DNA of 64,000 nucleotides, taken from Mobula hypostoma (Eukaryota). Position 1 is the first letter of the stretch, and each line of letters opens with the position of its first letter. Location of the stretch: assembly GCF_963921235.1 (NCBI RefSeq), contig NC_086108.1, forward strand, positions 80,974,001 to 81,038,000. Reading direction: 5' to 3'. The notes under the pieces are model-generated. The model did no database searches. It was not told the origin of the DNA and worked only from the letters and a program-made list of their open reading frames with translations. This document shows positions 1-64,000 of the stretch, piece after piece. Made by a program: the position numbers and the translations under genes.

Positions 1-279
1 CTCTAGGAAGAGGTACAGTCGATGTTATGGGCCGAGACCCTTCGTCAGGACTTCCCGTCCCATGACCCTCTCATATCCCTTTTGCCAATCAACTGTCCAG
101 CTCTTGGCTCCATCCCTCCCCCTCCTGTCTTCTCCGATCATTTTGGTTCTCCCTCTCCCCCTCCCACTTTCAAATCTCTTACTAGCTCTTCCTTCAGATA
201 GTCCTGACGAAGGGTCTCGGCCTGAAACGTCAACTGTACCTCTTCCTAGAGATGCTGCCTGGCCTGCTGCGTTCACCGG
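1..279 (+). mobile_element. Penelope-like element terminus with partial inverted copy (1-52) and hammerhead motif
   Basis: Near-identical to PLE tails at 13570-13790 and 27670-27895; 1-52 is the reverse complement of about 200-251. Confidence 0.85.
200..235 (+). ncRNA. Minimal type I hammerhead ribozyme motif
   Basis: AGTC CTGACGA AGGGTCTCGGCCT GAAA CGTC AACT: intact core, one stem I mismatch. Confidence 0.7.
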
Positions 280-281
280 TA

Positions 282-396
282 TTTGATTGCTACTCTTGTC
301 CGTTGGCAACCCCCCCACCCCTCCAGGTCCACCGGTCCACAAGAATATTGTCAATATTAAACCGGTCCGAGGTGCAAAAAAGGTTGGGGACCCCTG
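282..396 (+). mobile_element. Right end of hAT (Buster/Charlie-type) transposon
   Basis: Ends in GGTTGGGGACCCCTG TIR; subterminal sequence matches 29160-29226. Confidence 0.8.
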
Positions 397-559
397 GTTT
401 AAGGAATTACAGCTCACATCGAAAAGTCTTCCCGTACAGTGCCATCATTCGAACTCAGGAGAATTACAGGAGTCCGGGAACAGTGACACCATTTGAACCC
501 CCAAGGAAGGATTCACATGACATGGACCCTAGCGACTCACGAGAATGACAGTGATGAAA

Positions 560-1230
560 GAAAAAGATTTAGAGCTATGTCAGATGAAACTATTGCTAAT
601 TAATATATTGACAAGTTGGTGGCAAATCATTCAACTATTTCTCAACAATCTGCTGAAGGGCAAGAAGTGCTTAGAGAATCCTGTAACTCTTAATGAAGAC
701 CAGATGAAATCATTTCAAACTTTAAAGGTGACATTATGGTGACTGGTGCTCTTCCTGCTTTTCTGTCTTCCGCTGTTCTGTCCTCTCCTATTGGATTTCC
801 CCTTCTCCAGCCCTTTTATCTTTTTCACCAATCGACTTCCCAGCTCTTTACTTCACCCCCAGTTTCACCTATCACCTTGTATTTCTTCCGCTCCTCCCCC
901 CCTTCTTACTCTGATTTCTCAACCTTTTTCCCCCAGCCCTGACAACAGGTCTTAGCTCAAAACCTCAACTGTTTACTCTTTTCCATAGATGCTGCTTGGC
1001 TTGCTGAGTTCCTCCAGCATTTGTGTATGTGTGTGTGTGTGTGTGTTACCTAGATTTCCAGCATCTGCAGATTTTCTTGTGAAGGTGACATTGTGTACTG
1101 AACATGCATTAAGAATCCCTAAAACAGCTGGACAATTCCCCTGTATGTCAATGAGAAACAGACGATAGCAGTCTTAATTCAAGAACATGGAGACTGAAAG
1201 CATCCTGTTGGCTATTACTGTGCCAAAGAT
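560..1230 (+). pseudogene. LTR retroelement/endogenous retrovirus pol relic (RT thumb to RNase H-like connection), split by a PLE tail at 736-1081
   Basis: Joined translation ...LNNLLKGKKCLENPVTLNEDQMKSFQTLKVTL|CTEHALRIP..F/LYVNEK..VLIQEHGD*KHPVGYYCAK; frameshift and stop present. Confidence 0.65.
736..1081 (+). mobile_element. Older PLE tail insertion with degenerate hammerhead
   Basis: 11-bp TSD AAGGTGACATT at 725-735 and 1082-1092; pyrimidine-rich body, GATGCTGC...CCAGCATCTGCAG terminus. Confidence 0.8.
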
Positions 1231-1567
1231 TTTATTCTATATGGCAAAGAGGGATTCAAATGGTTGTTTCTGGAACCCAAGTGCTGGCATCAGAGTATAT
1301 GTACAGAACTGATAAATTTCAGTCCTTCCCGTCTGCTGAGTCTCATTGGTTATCCGGTTACTGGGCTGCCAGGCATGTCCCATGTATGAGGGGATTGTGG
1401 AGAGAGCCGTGGTCCTGGAAGGCCCCACATGCGACGTGGCATTACTACCTTACCACTCACTGGTGACGGTACCAGGTCCATAACGGATGTCGAGATATTC
1501 TGGATGATTGCTTTTCCAGGATATGAGATTGTATCAGCTCTGGAGAAAATAGCAAATGAAACCACAT

Positions 1568-2824
1568 ACAGAATTTTCTCTATTTCTGCATAAATAACCT
1601 AAAATGTGATCAGATCTTCATGCAAGTTCTAAACTAGACAAAGGGAACTCAATTAAATAACACAAAAAAAATTATACTCGTTCATATATTTATCGAGAAA
1701 AATGATCCAATATTACATGTATTTGTTGGAAAAATTAAGTGAACCTCTGGGGTAATTGGAGTCAAAGCTATTTTGAACCAGGTGTTCCAACCAATAAGAT
1801 GAGATTGGAGATGTGGGTTGAGGAGATGCCCTGTCCTATAAAAAAAACCACACAAAAATCAGGTTACTGACAAAGCCTGCTCTTCTCAAGAAAGATCTGG
1901 TTATGTGCACTGTGCCTCAATCAAAACAACTTTCAGAGGACCTTAGAAGAATTGTAGAGATGCGTGAAGCTGGAAAAGACTACAAAAACTTTCAAAGACC
2001 CGAATGTTCACCAGTCAACAGTAAGAGAAATTGTCTACAAATGGAGGAAATTCAGTACAGTTGCTGCTCTCCGTAGGAGTGGGTATCCTGCAAAGATCAC
2101 ACCAAGGGCACAATGTGCAATGCTGAAAGAGGTGAAAAAGAATCCAAACGTAACAGCAAAAGACCTGCAGAAATCTCTAGAACTTGCTAATGTTGCTGTT
2201 CAAATGTCCACTATAAGAAAAACACTGAACAAGAATGGTGTTCGTGGAAGGACACCACAGAAGAAACTACTGTTCTCAAAAAAAAATTGCTGCACGTCTC
2301 AAGTTTCCAAAAGACCATCTGGATGTTCTACATGCTTCTGGGACAATGTTCTGTGGACAGATGTGACAACAGTTGAATTTTTTGGCAGAAATGCATGTTG
2401 CTCTGTTTGGAGGAAAAAGGGCACTGCACAGCAATACCAAAACTTCATGCCAACTGTAAGGCATGGTGGAAGGAATATCATGGTTTGGGGCTACTTTGCT
2501 GCCTCAGGGCCTGGATAGCTTGCAATCATTGAGGGAACAATGAATTCAAAATTGTATCAAGACATTTTATAGGAGAATGCCTGGGTAGCAGTCCATCACC
2601 TGCAGCTTAATAGAAATTGGATAATGCAACAAGACAATGATCCAAAAGACGAGAGCAAATCAACAACAGAATGGTTTAAAAAGAAAATCTGTGTTTTTGA
2701 ATGGCCGAATCAAAGTCCTGAACTTATTCTTATAGAAATGTTGTGGAAGGACCTGAAGAAAACAGTTCATAAAAGGAAGCCCATCAACATCCCAGAATTG
2801 AAGCAGTTTTGTAAAGAGGAATAG
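1568..2824 (+). mobile_element. Tc1-family DNA transposon, decayed transposase (about 1912-2824), termini truncated
   Basis: HTH region (SEDLRRIVE, STVREIVYKW), WTD, KHGG-like RHGG.IMVWG, QQDNDPK, SPELILIEMLW; frameshifts and stops. Confidence 0.92.
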
Positions 2825-3656
2825 TAATTGCATATTTCAATTACTATTTTTGATGAAACATTGCGTTGTCATGAAATGACACAAAGGAGGGAATATAATG
2901 TATTTACTTGTAGTAACAAAATGGAACCTGAATTGTACCAGAGTGCTTTACTAATAGTGTTTGTGCAATATTATGCCAAAACATTGACTGTTTATTCATT
3001 TCCATAGATACTGCCTGACCTGCTGAGTTTCTCTAGCATTTTGTGTGTGTTGCTGTAATCAGTTGATTAGAATTGGTAGAATATAAAATAACTTTAGACA
3101 AGTACTTGTTGCCATTGGCAACACAAGAGTAATTAACTGTAATACAAATCATAGCATCTTACAGATTGTTGTGTTTTATTACTGCCGAGTGACCCAGGGC
3201 ACCCCTTTGCAATCCTGTCTGCTCACACTGTAAACTGCAGAGCCTGCATACTACTTGGATTAGAAAGCTTAACACAGCTTTTCAATATCCCTAGAGTTGG
3301 AGTAGGTAATGAAGGGATAATAGGAATAAGATTCACAGTAGAGGACTTTATAACTAAATCTATATGCCTGTAATTGTTATGCAGCATTGCTCAGGATCTT
3401 ATTTTTAAATCAGAGAATGTGTCTAATAATGGGAACCAGATAAAGGCAAAATGGTTAAAAGGGCTTCACCCTGTTTCTTTCAAAGCAGTTCAAATAACAT
3501 TTAAATAAACAAATATTAGTGGAAATTTGCAGTAGTGGGCTACTTCTAAATCTATATGCAATTTTCTTTTAAACTATTAATCAGTTCACCACATTCAAGT
3601 TCAGCATGTGATAGATATTTTTTTTAAAATGATCAGCTTGTATGGTAATTAATTTC

Positions 3657-3662
3657 TTTATT
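3657..3662 (-). terminator. Candidate poly(A) signal AATAAA of the kif2c 3' UTR (alternatives: TATAAA 4093-4098, AATAAA 3175-3180)
   Basis: Hexamer on the minus strand in the repeat-free AT-rich stretch downstream of the stop; which signal is used cannot be determined. Confidence 0.3.
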
Positions 3663-4813
3663 AAATATGTCAAAGGACATTACAGTATAATGATTCCTCA
3701 ATTCAATAAATTCCAATGGACTATGTAATCTGGATTGACACAAACCAGAGAATAGTTCACATTTGACTTTTCCATCAGTACACCAATCATTTAAGGGTAG
3801 ACTAAGAAAACCTTAATTCAGTTCTTTGCCAGGTGGTTGTTCATAAAAACACATCTGGGTTACTTCAGAATTTGGAAGTCAATTGATTTCTCTCCTCCTA
3901 TTCCAGTGCAAAAAAAATAGTATAGAAAATTGTTTTAAGTTATGAATTAGGGACACTTATGGTTTGCTTTGTCCTCAAGTTGAACAGCTTTAGATAAAAT
4001 GGATTGCAGTGCGTCACTTTGGCTCTTCCAGACTCCTATTGTATTAACGAGCATCATACAATTTGAGAAGAATCAAAATGTTGTGTAGCTGCTTTATATT
4101 TTGTTCACCAAAAAAGTAAAAAAAAACAACACAAAAAAACAAGACCATTTTAGCAATCCAATAGAGTGATATAATTCCGTCCTTGGAAAAACTCTGTAGT
4201 GTTTCACTGGTACACTGAATTGATTGTAAACATGCTAGAGGATACCGAAGTCAGTCACTATTCATTAAACCCAAACACTAAGCATTCAGCAGGTTATTCT
4301 ACTGGAACTATAAAACTAACGAGTTGTGAAATATTTAGCAAGTCATTACAGAGTTTCACAACTCCAGCACATTAAAATATTAGTTTGCCACCATGAAATA
4401 TTTGTTATATTTTGGGGCAGGGAATGAAAACAAAGACAGAGCAATTCCACTCTCAAGTTTTTAAAACAGGTTCATTTTCTAATTTGCAATAATGGAATAG
4501 ATTAGAGAGATCAATGTATTCTGAAAAACTTAATACCATAACTGCATCACTATGTATGCAAACTTTCGCTCTTACATGTCACAACGTCAGTTCAAACATA
4601 TTATAAACGAGATATAAATCTGTACATTTTCAAAAGAAAATATCCAAGAGAGACATATAGACAAATGTTTTAGAGAGAGGATTGTAAAGACAAACAGCAA
4701 AGAGGAACATGTTTGAAATTTCACAGCCTCTGGTTGAATGAGAGATGAATACAATGGCCACAAAAGTTACAATGACAATGCTTGCACAGATGCTCAAATT
4801 GCAGGTCATGGCT

Positions 4814-59119
<54,306 letters not shown>

Positions 59120-60239
59120 CTATGAAAAAAAGATGCCATATCAAAAATGAATTAATGGGAAAACAAAATACATTTCCTTCCTCCAAACCAGAATAACATT
59201 ATTAGCTCTTAAATTCAGCATCCATTCAAAAGCAGTTTGACATGTTTAAAGTATTTTCCTTAAAATATAGGCAATTAGTTGATGACGGAGGAACTGAATT
59301 CAGGCTCCCACCTTAGAAAACCTTGCACAATTCTTAAAAATATCAGCAGTGTCTAAATAGGGAGAATTGTCCCACATACAAATACAGCAATGCCATTCAC
59401 AGAATCAAATTTTGTCAAGCTCCTCCATTTTAATACCGGACACCACTCATTATTATCTGAAAACACTAAAATCAGCAAAACACAGAATGCACTCTAATTT
59501 GGAGATGAGCTACCACCTTGACTAAGATGACTGAGTCTTGAAACACGAACTGTCAGTTTGCACTTGCAGAAGGCAGCAAGTGAACAGACAAGAATAAATT
59601 TGATTTTGTCCTCAGTCTGCACGAGATAGATCTGTCCATTTCGACCCTGATAGAAGAGACCAATGCACAGTCCTTAGTGACAGTCCCTTCATGTTAAAAT
59701 CATGCCAAATAGGATAAAACCTAAAACAAACCTTGCAACTCAAAATAAGGTATTAAAGAAACACCGTGGACCACCAGCAGAAATGTAAACCACCTCATGG
59801 ACCAGTGCATCCTTCATGCTATCAATACTATCAGGACAGGGCATGAACTCACTTGCGCCGGGCATATATCAAATAGCAAGTACAACAGGACCAATATGTT
59901 CAAAAGACAAAGATCATGCACTGGACAGATCCAAGCAATCTCACAATCATACTTAAACTGTAGCCCTTCAACATGGTCACAAATTGAGAAAAAGGTACCA
60001 GAGGCAGAGGCTCAAAGAAAATCTCCACCTTTAGTACTACAGGTCCCAATATCTGACACACATCAAATGAATGATCTATCTCAGAGCCTTTATGAGAAGT
60101 TTTCAGACAATTACAGACTCATTCCACATGACATCAAGAAATAGTAAAGAACGCAAGGAATAGCAAAAAGCTATGGAGCAAAATAACATCCCAAGAACAG
60201 CAGTGATAACCTGTGCTCCAGAACTCACTGCACCTCTGA

Positions 60240-61010
60240 CGAAGAATTCACATGTACCTCCAACTATTGCATTTGATGTTCGTGATGTGGCCTCTTTACA
60301 TTGGTGAGACCAGAATGAGACCAGGTGATCACTTTGCAGAGCAACTGCACTTTGTTCACAAAAGCCATCGATCTTCTTGTTGGATGTCACTTCAACTCCC
60401 TTTCCCATTCTTACACAGACCTGTCTATTCTTAGCCTACTTCATTACCAGGGCAAGGCCAAACACAAACTAGAACAACAGCTCATATTCTATTTGGTTAG
60501 CCTAAAGTCTAATGAATGAAATGAACACCGAGTCTTCCAATTTCAGGTAACCAACAACCCTTGAGCTCCTTTCCAACTCCTGCCAGTCCACCCAGGTTCT
60601 CTGACTTTCCCCCACCATCCCCGTTTCCACCTACTTATCACCTACATATGTAGCCACATTCCATCTAGGCTCAACTTTCCCATCTCCTACCCATATCTGG
60701 TTTCATCTGCTCACCTCTCCAATACCTGGTTCCATGACCAGCCTGTTTCTATCCTCTCCTGGCTCCAGTTGCCTAGTTTTCCTCTCCCTATCACCTACCA
60801 GCCTGTCTCAACATTCCTCTCTCCCCACCTAGCTCCATCTCAATAGCCCTCCCTCATCTAGCTCCATCTATCACCCACTAGCTTCTGTCATCCCCCTTAT
60901 CTTCTCTCTGTGCTGAATGCAAGGTCTCAGCTGAAAAATGTGACCTTCCCTTTGCCTCCACTAGTACTGCTGGACTTGCTAAGTTCTTCCAGCAGGTTTT
61001 TTTTTGTGCT
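60240..61010 (+). mobile_element. Old PLE 3' fragment (GIY-YIG remnant and tail)
   Basis: LYIGETRMRPGDHFAEQL, VGCHFNS..HS..DLSILSL, KLEQQLIF; degenerate hammerhead near 60910-60945. Confidence 0.78.
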
Positions 61011-62564
61011 TCTAGCAAACTGTTCCTGTTCAGTTGCAACATCTATTTGACAATGTCCAAAACTGTCCACCAAACACAGGACCAATGCAATCTTGCCAAT
61101 TATCACCCAGTCTTCTTCAAATTGTGATTACTGAGATAATGACAACTTCCACCAAGTTCCACTTACTCGCCAATGCCCAGTTTGGATCTGCTGGGACCAC
61201 TCAGTTACAGACATCTCATCCTAATCAAACAGAAACCAGTGAACTGAATTCGGGCGAGCATAACATTAAAACAGCCTGATAAAAATGAAGTATTTCCCTG
61301 TTGGTTTCAGTGGCTGGAGTTAAATGTCACACAAACATGATGGTAGTTATTAGAAATCAATTATCTAAGCCCCAAGACATCTACAGGAACAATTCAGGGC
61401 GGTGTGCTCAACCAAACCATCATCAGCTGTTAATTCAATGACCCTCCCTCCAACACCATAAGGTCCGAAGAGGGGAAGCTTGCTAATGGTTGCATAATTT
61501 TCAATTCTATTTGCAAACCAGCAGCAAGTAATACAACTGATACCCACACATAGCAAGACCTAGACAAGGTTCAGACATAGTTTAAAAACAGTGGCAAGTA
61601 ACAGTTGCACCACAGAAGTGCTATATCTGTCGATTTCTGTCTTCAACAAGAGAGTCTAATTAACATATTCTTGACATTCAATGGGATTACCAAACTTTCC
61701 ACCAAAATCCTAGGGGCTATAATTGACCAGAAACTTAACTGATCTGCCACAAATGCTTGCAGCTACAAGAACAAGCAAGAAACCCCATATCGTGCAGCAT
61801 CTTCTGAAAACTAGATTTTCTGCTACCTACGGCATAGGGCACAAATAACTAATGTGATGGTATACTCTCATATGCCCTGATGAGTGTAGCTCTATCAACT
61901 CTCAGGAAGCTCAACACAAAGTGGGATAAAGTAACTCCACATACTATCCCAACACTTTTCTTCTCTCCACACGACAGCCACTGTGCTCCACTTACAAAAT
62001 CAACTGCAGCTACTTTAACCAGGCTGCTCTGACAGTACCCAAGAAGCCCATAAATCACTACCATCAAGAATAAGAAAATCGTATGCTGACTTGGAGATCC
62101 AACATTGGTCTTTGATGTCACCAAGTCCAAATCCTGGAACATCCTTCCTTCCCAAAAACAGAGTGTAGTTCACCAGGGCTACAAGGTCAATTAGCATAAG
62201 CAATAAATGGCAACTTTGCCAGCATGCCCAGATCCTAGAAAGTGAATAAAATTCTTCTTTTTTTAAAAAAAGTACTTCAAAAAGCCTAAACAGCATTTAT
62301 CCCAGAGTAGGCATAGGAATAATTCTAAAATTGCAACATTATACATAAATCTCAGTCTAAGGTATACATTCCATGTAATTTCTTTAAATGCTAATTATAG
62401 AGTAATTGAATTCAGCCATTTTAATTATTGAAATGCAATAAAGTTTATGTAAAAGATTTAAGTTCTTCAAAAATTAATTTACTTGCAATTTAAGTTGAAC
62501 ATTGGTTATTTGTAATATACAGGATAAATAATCCAGATGAAAAAGTAGGTTCAAAGATCAAAAC

Positions 62565-63245
62565 CTCAAAGTGAACTTATTATCAAAGTATGTATGTGTC
62601 ACTATGTAGTACCCTGAGATGTATTTTTTTGCAGGCATTCACAGTGGAACAAAGAAATACAATGGAATCAATGAAAAACTACACACAACGACTGACAAAC
62701 GACTGATACGCAAAAGGTGGTAAACCACGCAAGCACAAAAAAGTAAATAAATGATACTGAGAACACGAGTCGTAGAGCACTTGAAAGCGAGTCCATTAGT
62801 TATGGAATCAGTTCAAAGTTGAGGTTGTTCACGCTAGTTGAAGAGTAATAACTAACCTGGTGGTGTGAGATCAAAGACTCCTGTACCTGCTGTCTGATGG
62901 CAGCAGCCAGAAGACAGTATGGCCTGGATAGGGGTGGGGATGCTGCTTTCTTGTGGCAGTGCTCCTTGGCAAAGAGGGCTTTGCCTGTGATGGACTGGGC
63001 TATATCCACCACTTTTTGTAGGCTTTTCTGTTACGTTTTACAAACAGACTGGATACTCTCCAGCATGAACCTATAGAAGTTTATCAAAGCTTTAGATGAC
63101 ATGCTGAATCTGCTCAAACTTCTAATTAAGTAGAGGCACTGTTGTGCTTTCTTTGTAATGGCATTTATATGCTGGTCCCGAGACAGATCCTCTGATATAG
63201 CGCCAAGGAGTTTAAAGTTACTGACCCTCTCCACCTTCAATCCAT
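62565..63245 (-). mobile_element. REX1/Babar LINE 3' fragment
   Basis: VERVSNFKLLG, KKAQQCLYLIRSL, NFYRFMLESI. Confidence 0.82.
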
Positions 63246-63289
63246 AATGAGGACTGGCTCATGGATCTCCAGTTTCTGCTCATTCTTCC

Positions 63290-63960
63290 CCTTTGGAATG
63301 CTGTGGACCGGGTCCGAGACACCCCCGACCCTGGCACCTGGGAGGGAACATATCATCTGGATGTCTCATGTCCACAAAATCTCCGTCAGTTCCTGGAACT
63401 ATGGAATTCCCCATCACTACTGCCCTCCCCTTCTAAGCCACAGAACCTGACTCAGTGTCAGAGAACTGACCGTTATGGCTTTCTTCTGTTACAGTGTCCA
63501 AAGCGATAGGTGGTCTTGAGGTGAATGGCCACAGAGGTACTTTGCACTGGTTGCCTATCCCTTTTACCCCTCCTGAGAGTCACCCAGTTACTTGTGTCCT
63601 GCACCTTGAGTGTAACTACCCCTCCGTTGATGGGCAATCCCTCTGCTTCCTGAATAATCCAGGAGTTCATACAGCTTGAGCTCCAGTTCCTTAATATTGT
63701 CTGAAAGAAGCTGCAGCTGGATGCACTTCTTGCAGTTGTATTCATCAGGGACACCGGAAGTTGTCCCAGCCTTCCCACATCCCGCAAGAGGAATATTCCA
63801 CTATCCTGCCTGGCATCTCTACTGCTTTAACTGTGCGATAAGAAAGAAATACAGAAAAATTTTTTTAAAAATCACCTACAGCCTTTGCTCCTTCTCATTG
63901 AAGCCTCTATGAGCCAAAGCCTGAACTCCTTACTCTAACATGGCCCACTCACATAATGGC
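63290..63960 (-). mobile_element. CR1-type LINE 5' region/ORF1 remnant
   Basis: NWVTLRRGKRDRQPVQSTSVAIHL..YRF, plus Cys-rich N-terminal remnants typical of CR1 ORF1. Confidence 0.6.
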
Positions 63961-64000
63961 AGCTCCGTTTAAACCCAATTTTTTTTATTATTGGTCCTTG

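Noticed and set aside
62..286. Recurrent short ORFs such as SYPFCQS..LLAPSLP..PDEGSRPETST (also 13577, 27677, 38928)
   Set aside because: Translations of the non-coding PLE terminal repeat; PDEGSRPETS is simply the hammerhead sequence read as codons.
59120..64000. First coding exon and promoter of kif2c
   Set aside because: No segment encoding the expected N-terminal I.I.RS.G motif with a donor site and no CpG island were found; the region is mostly LINE/PLE debris.

Overview
Vertebrate genomic DNA, probably a cartilaginous fish (ray/shark-type repeat families; this is inference, not a database result). The window is dominated by one minus-strand kinesin-13 gene, best read as kif2c/MCAK. I can splice 19 coding exons (59119 down to the TAA at 4814-4816) with GT-AG boundaries and consistent phases into 649 aa; the first exon was not found and probably lies beyond 64000. 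The introns are packed with decayed mobile elements: Penelope-like retroelements (PLE), CR1, REX1/Babar, L1, V-SINE and another tRNA-derived SINE, Tc1, Tigger/pogo, hAT (Buster/Charlie), Chapaev3, plus an LTR/ERV pol relic downstream of the gene. The most striking non-coding signal is a minimal type I hammerhead ribozyme motif (AGTC-CTGAyGA-stem II-GAAAC-GTH-GACT) repeated over a dozen times in PLE termini. It also occurs in tiny TSD-flanked solo and fold-back insertions whose breakpoints cluster at the ribozyme 5' edge. A four-level transposon nest (Chapaev3 > hAT > PLE > LINE-tailed element) creates a 518-aa hAT-RT chimeric ORF.
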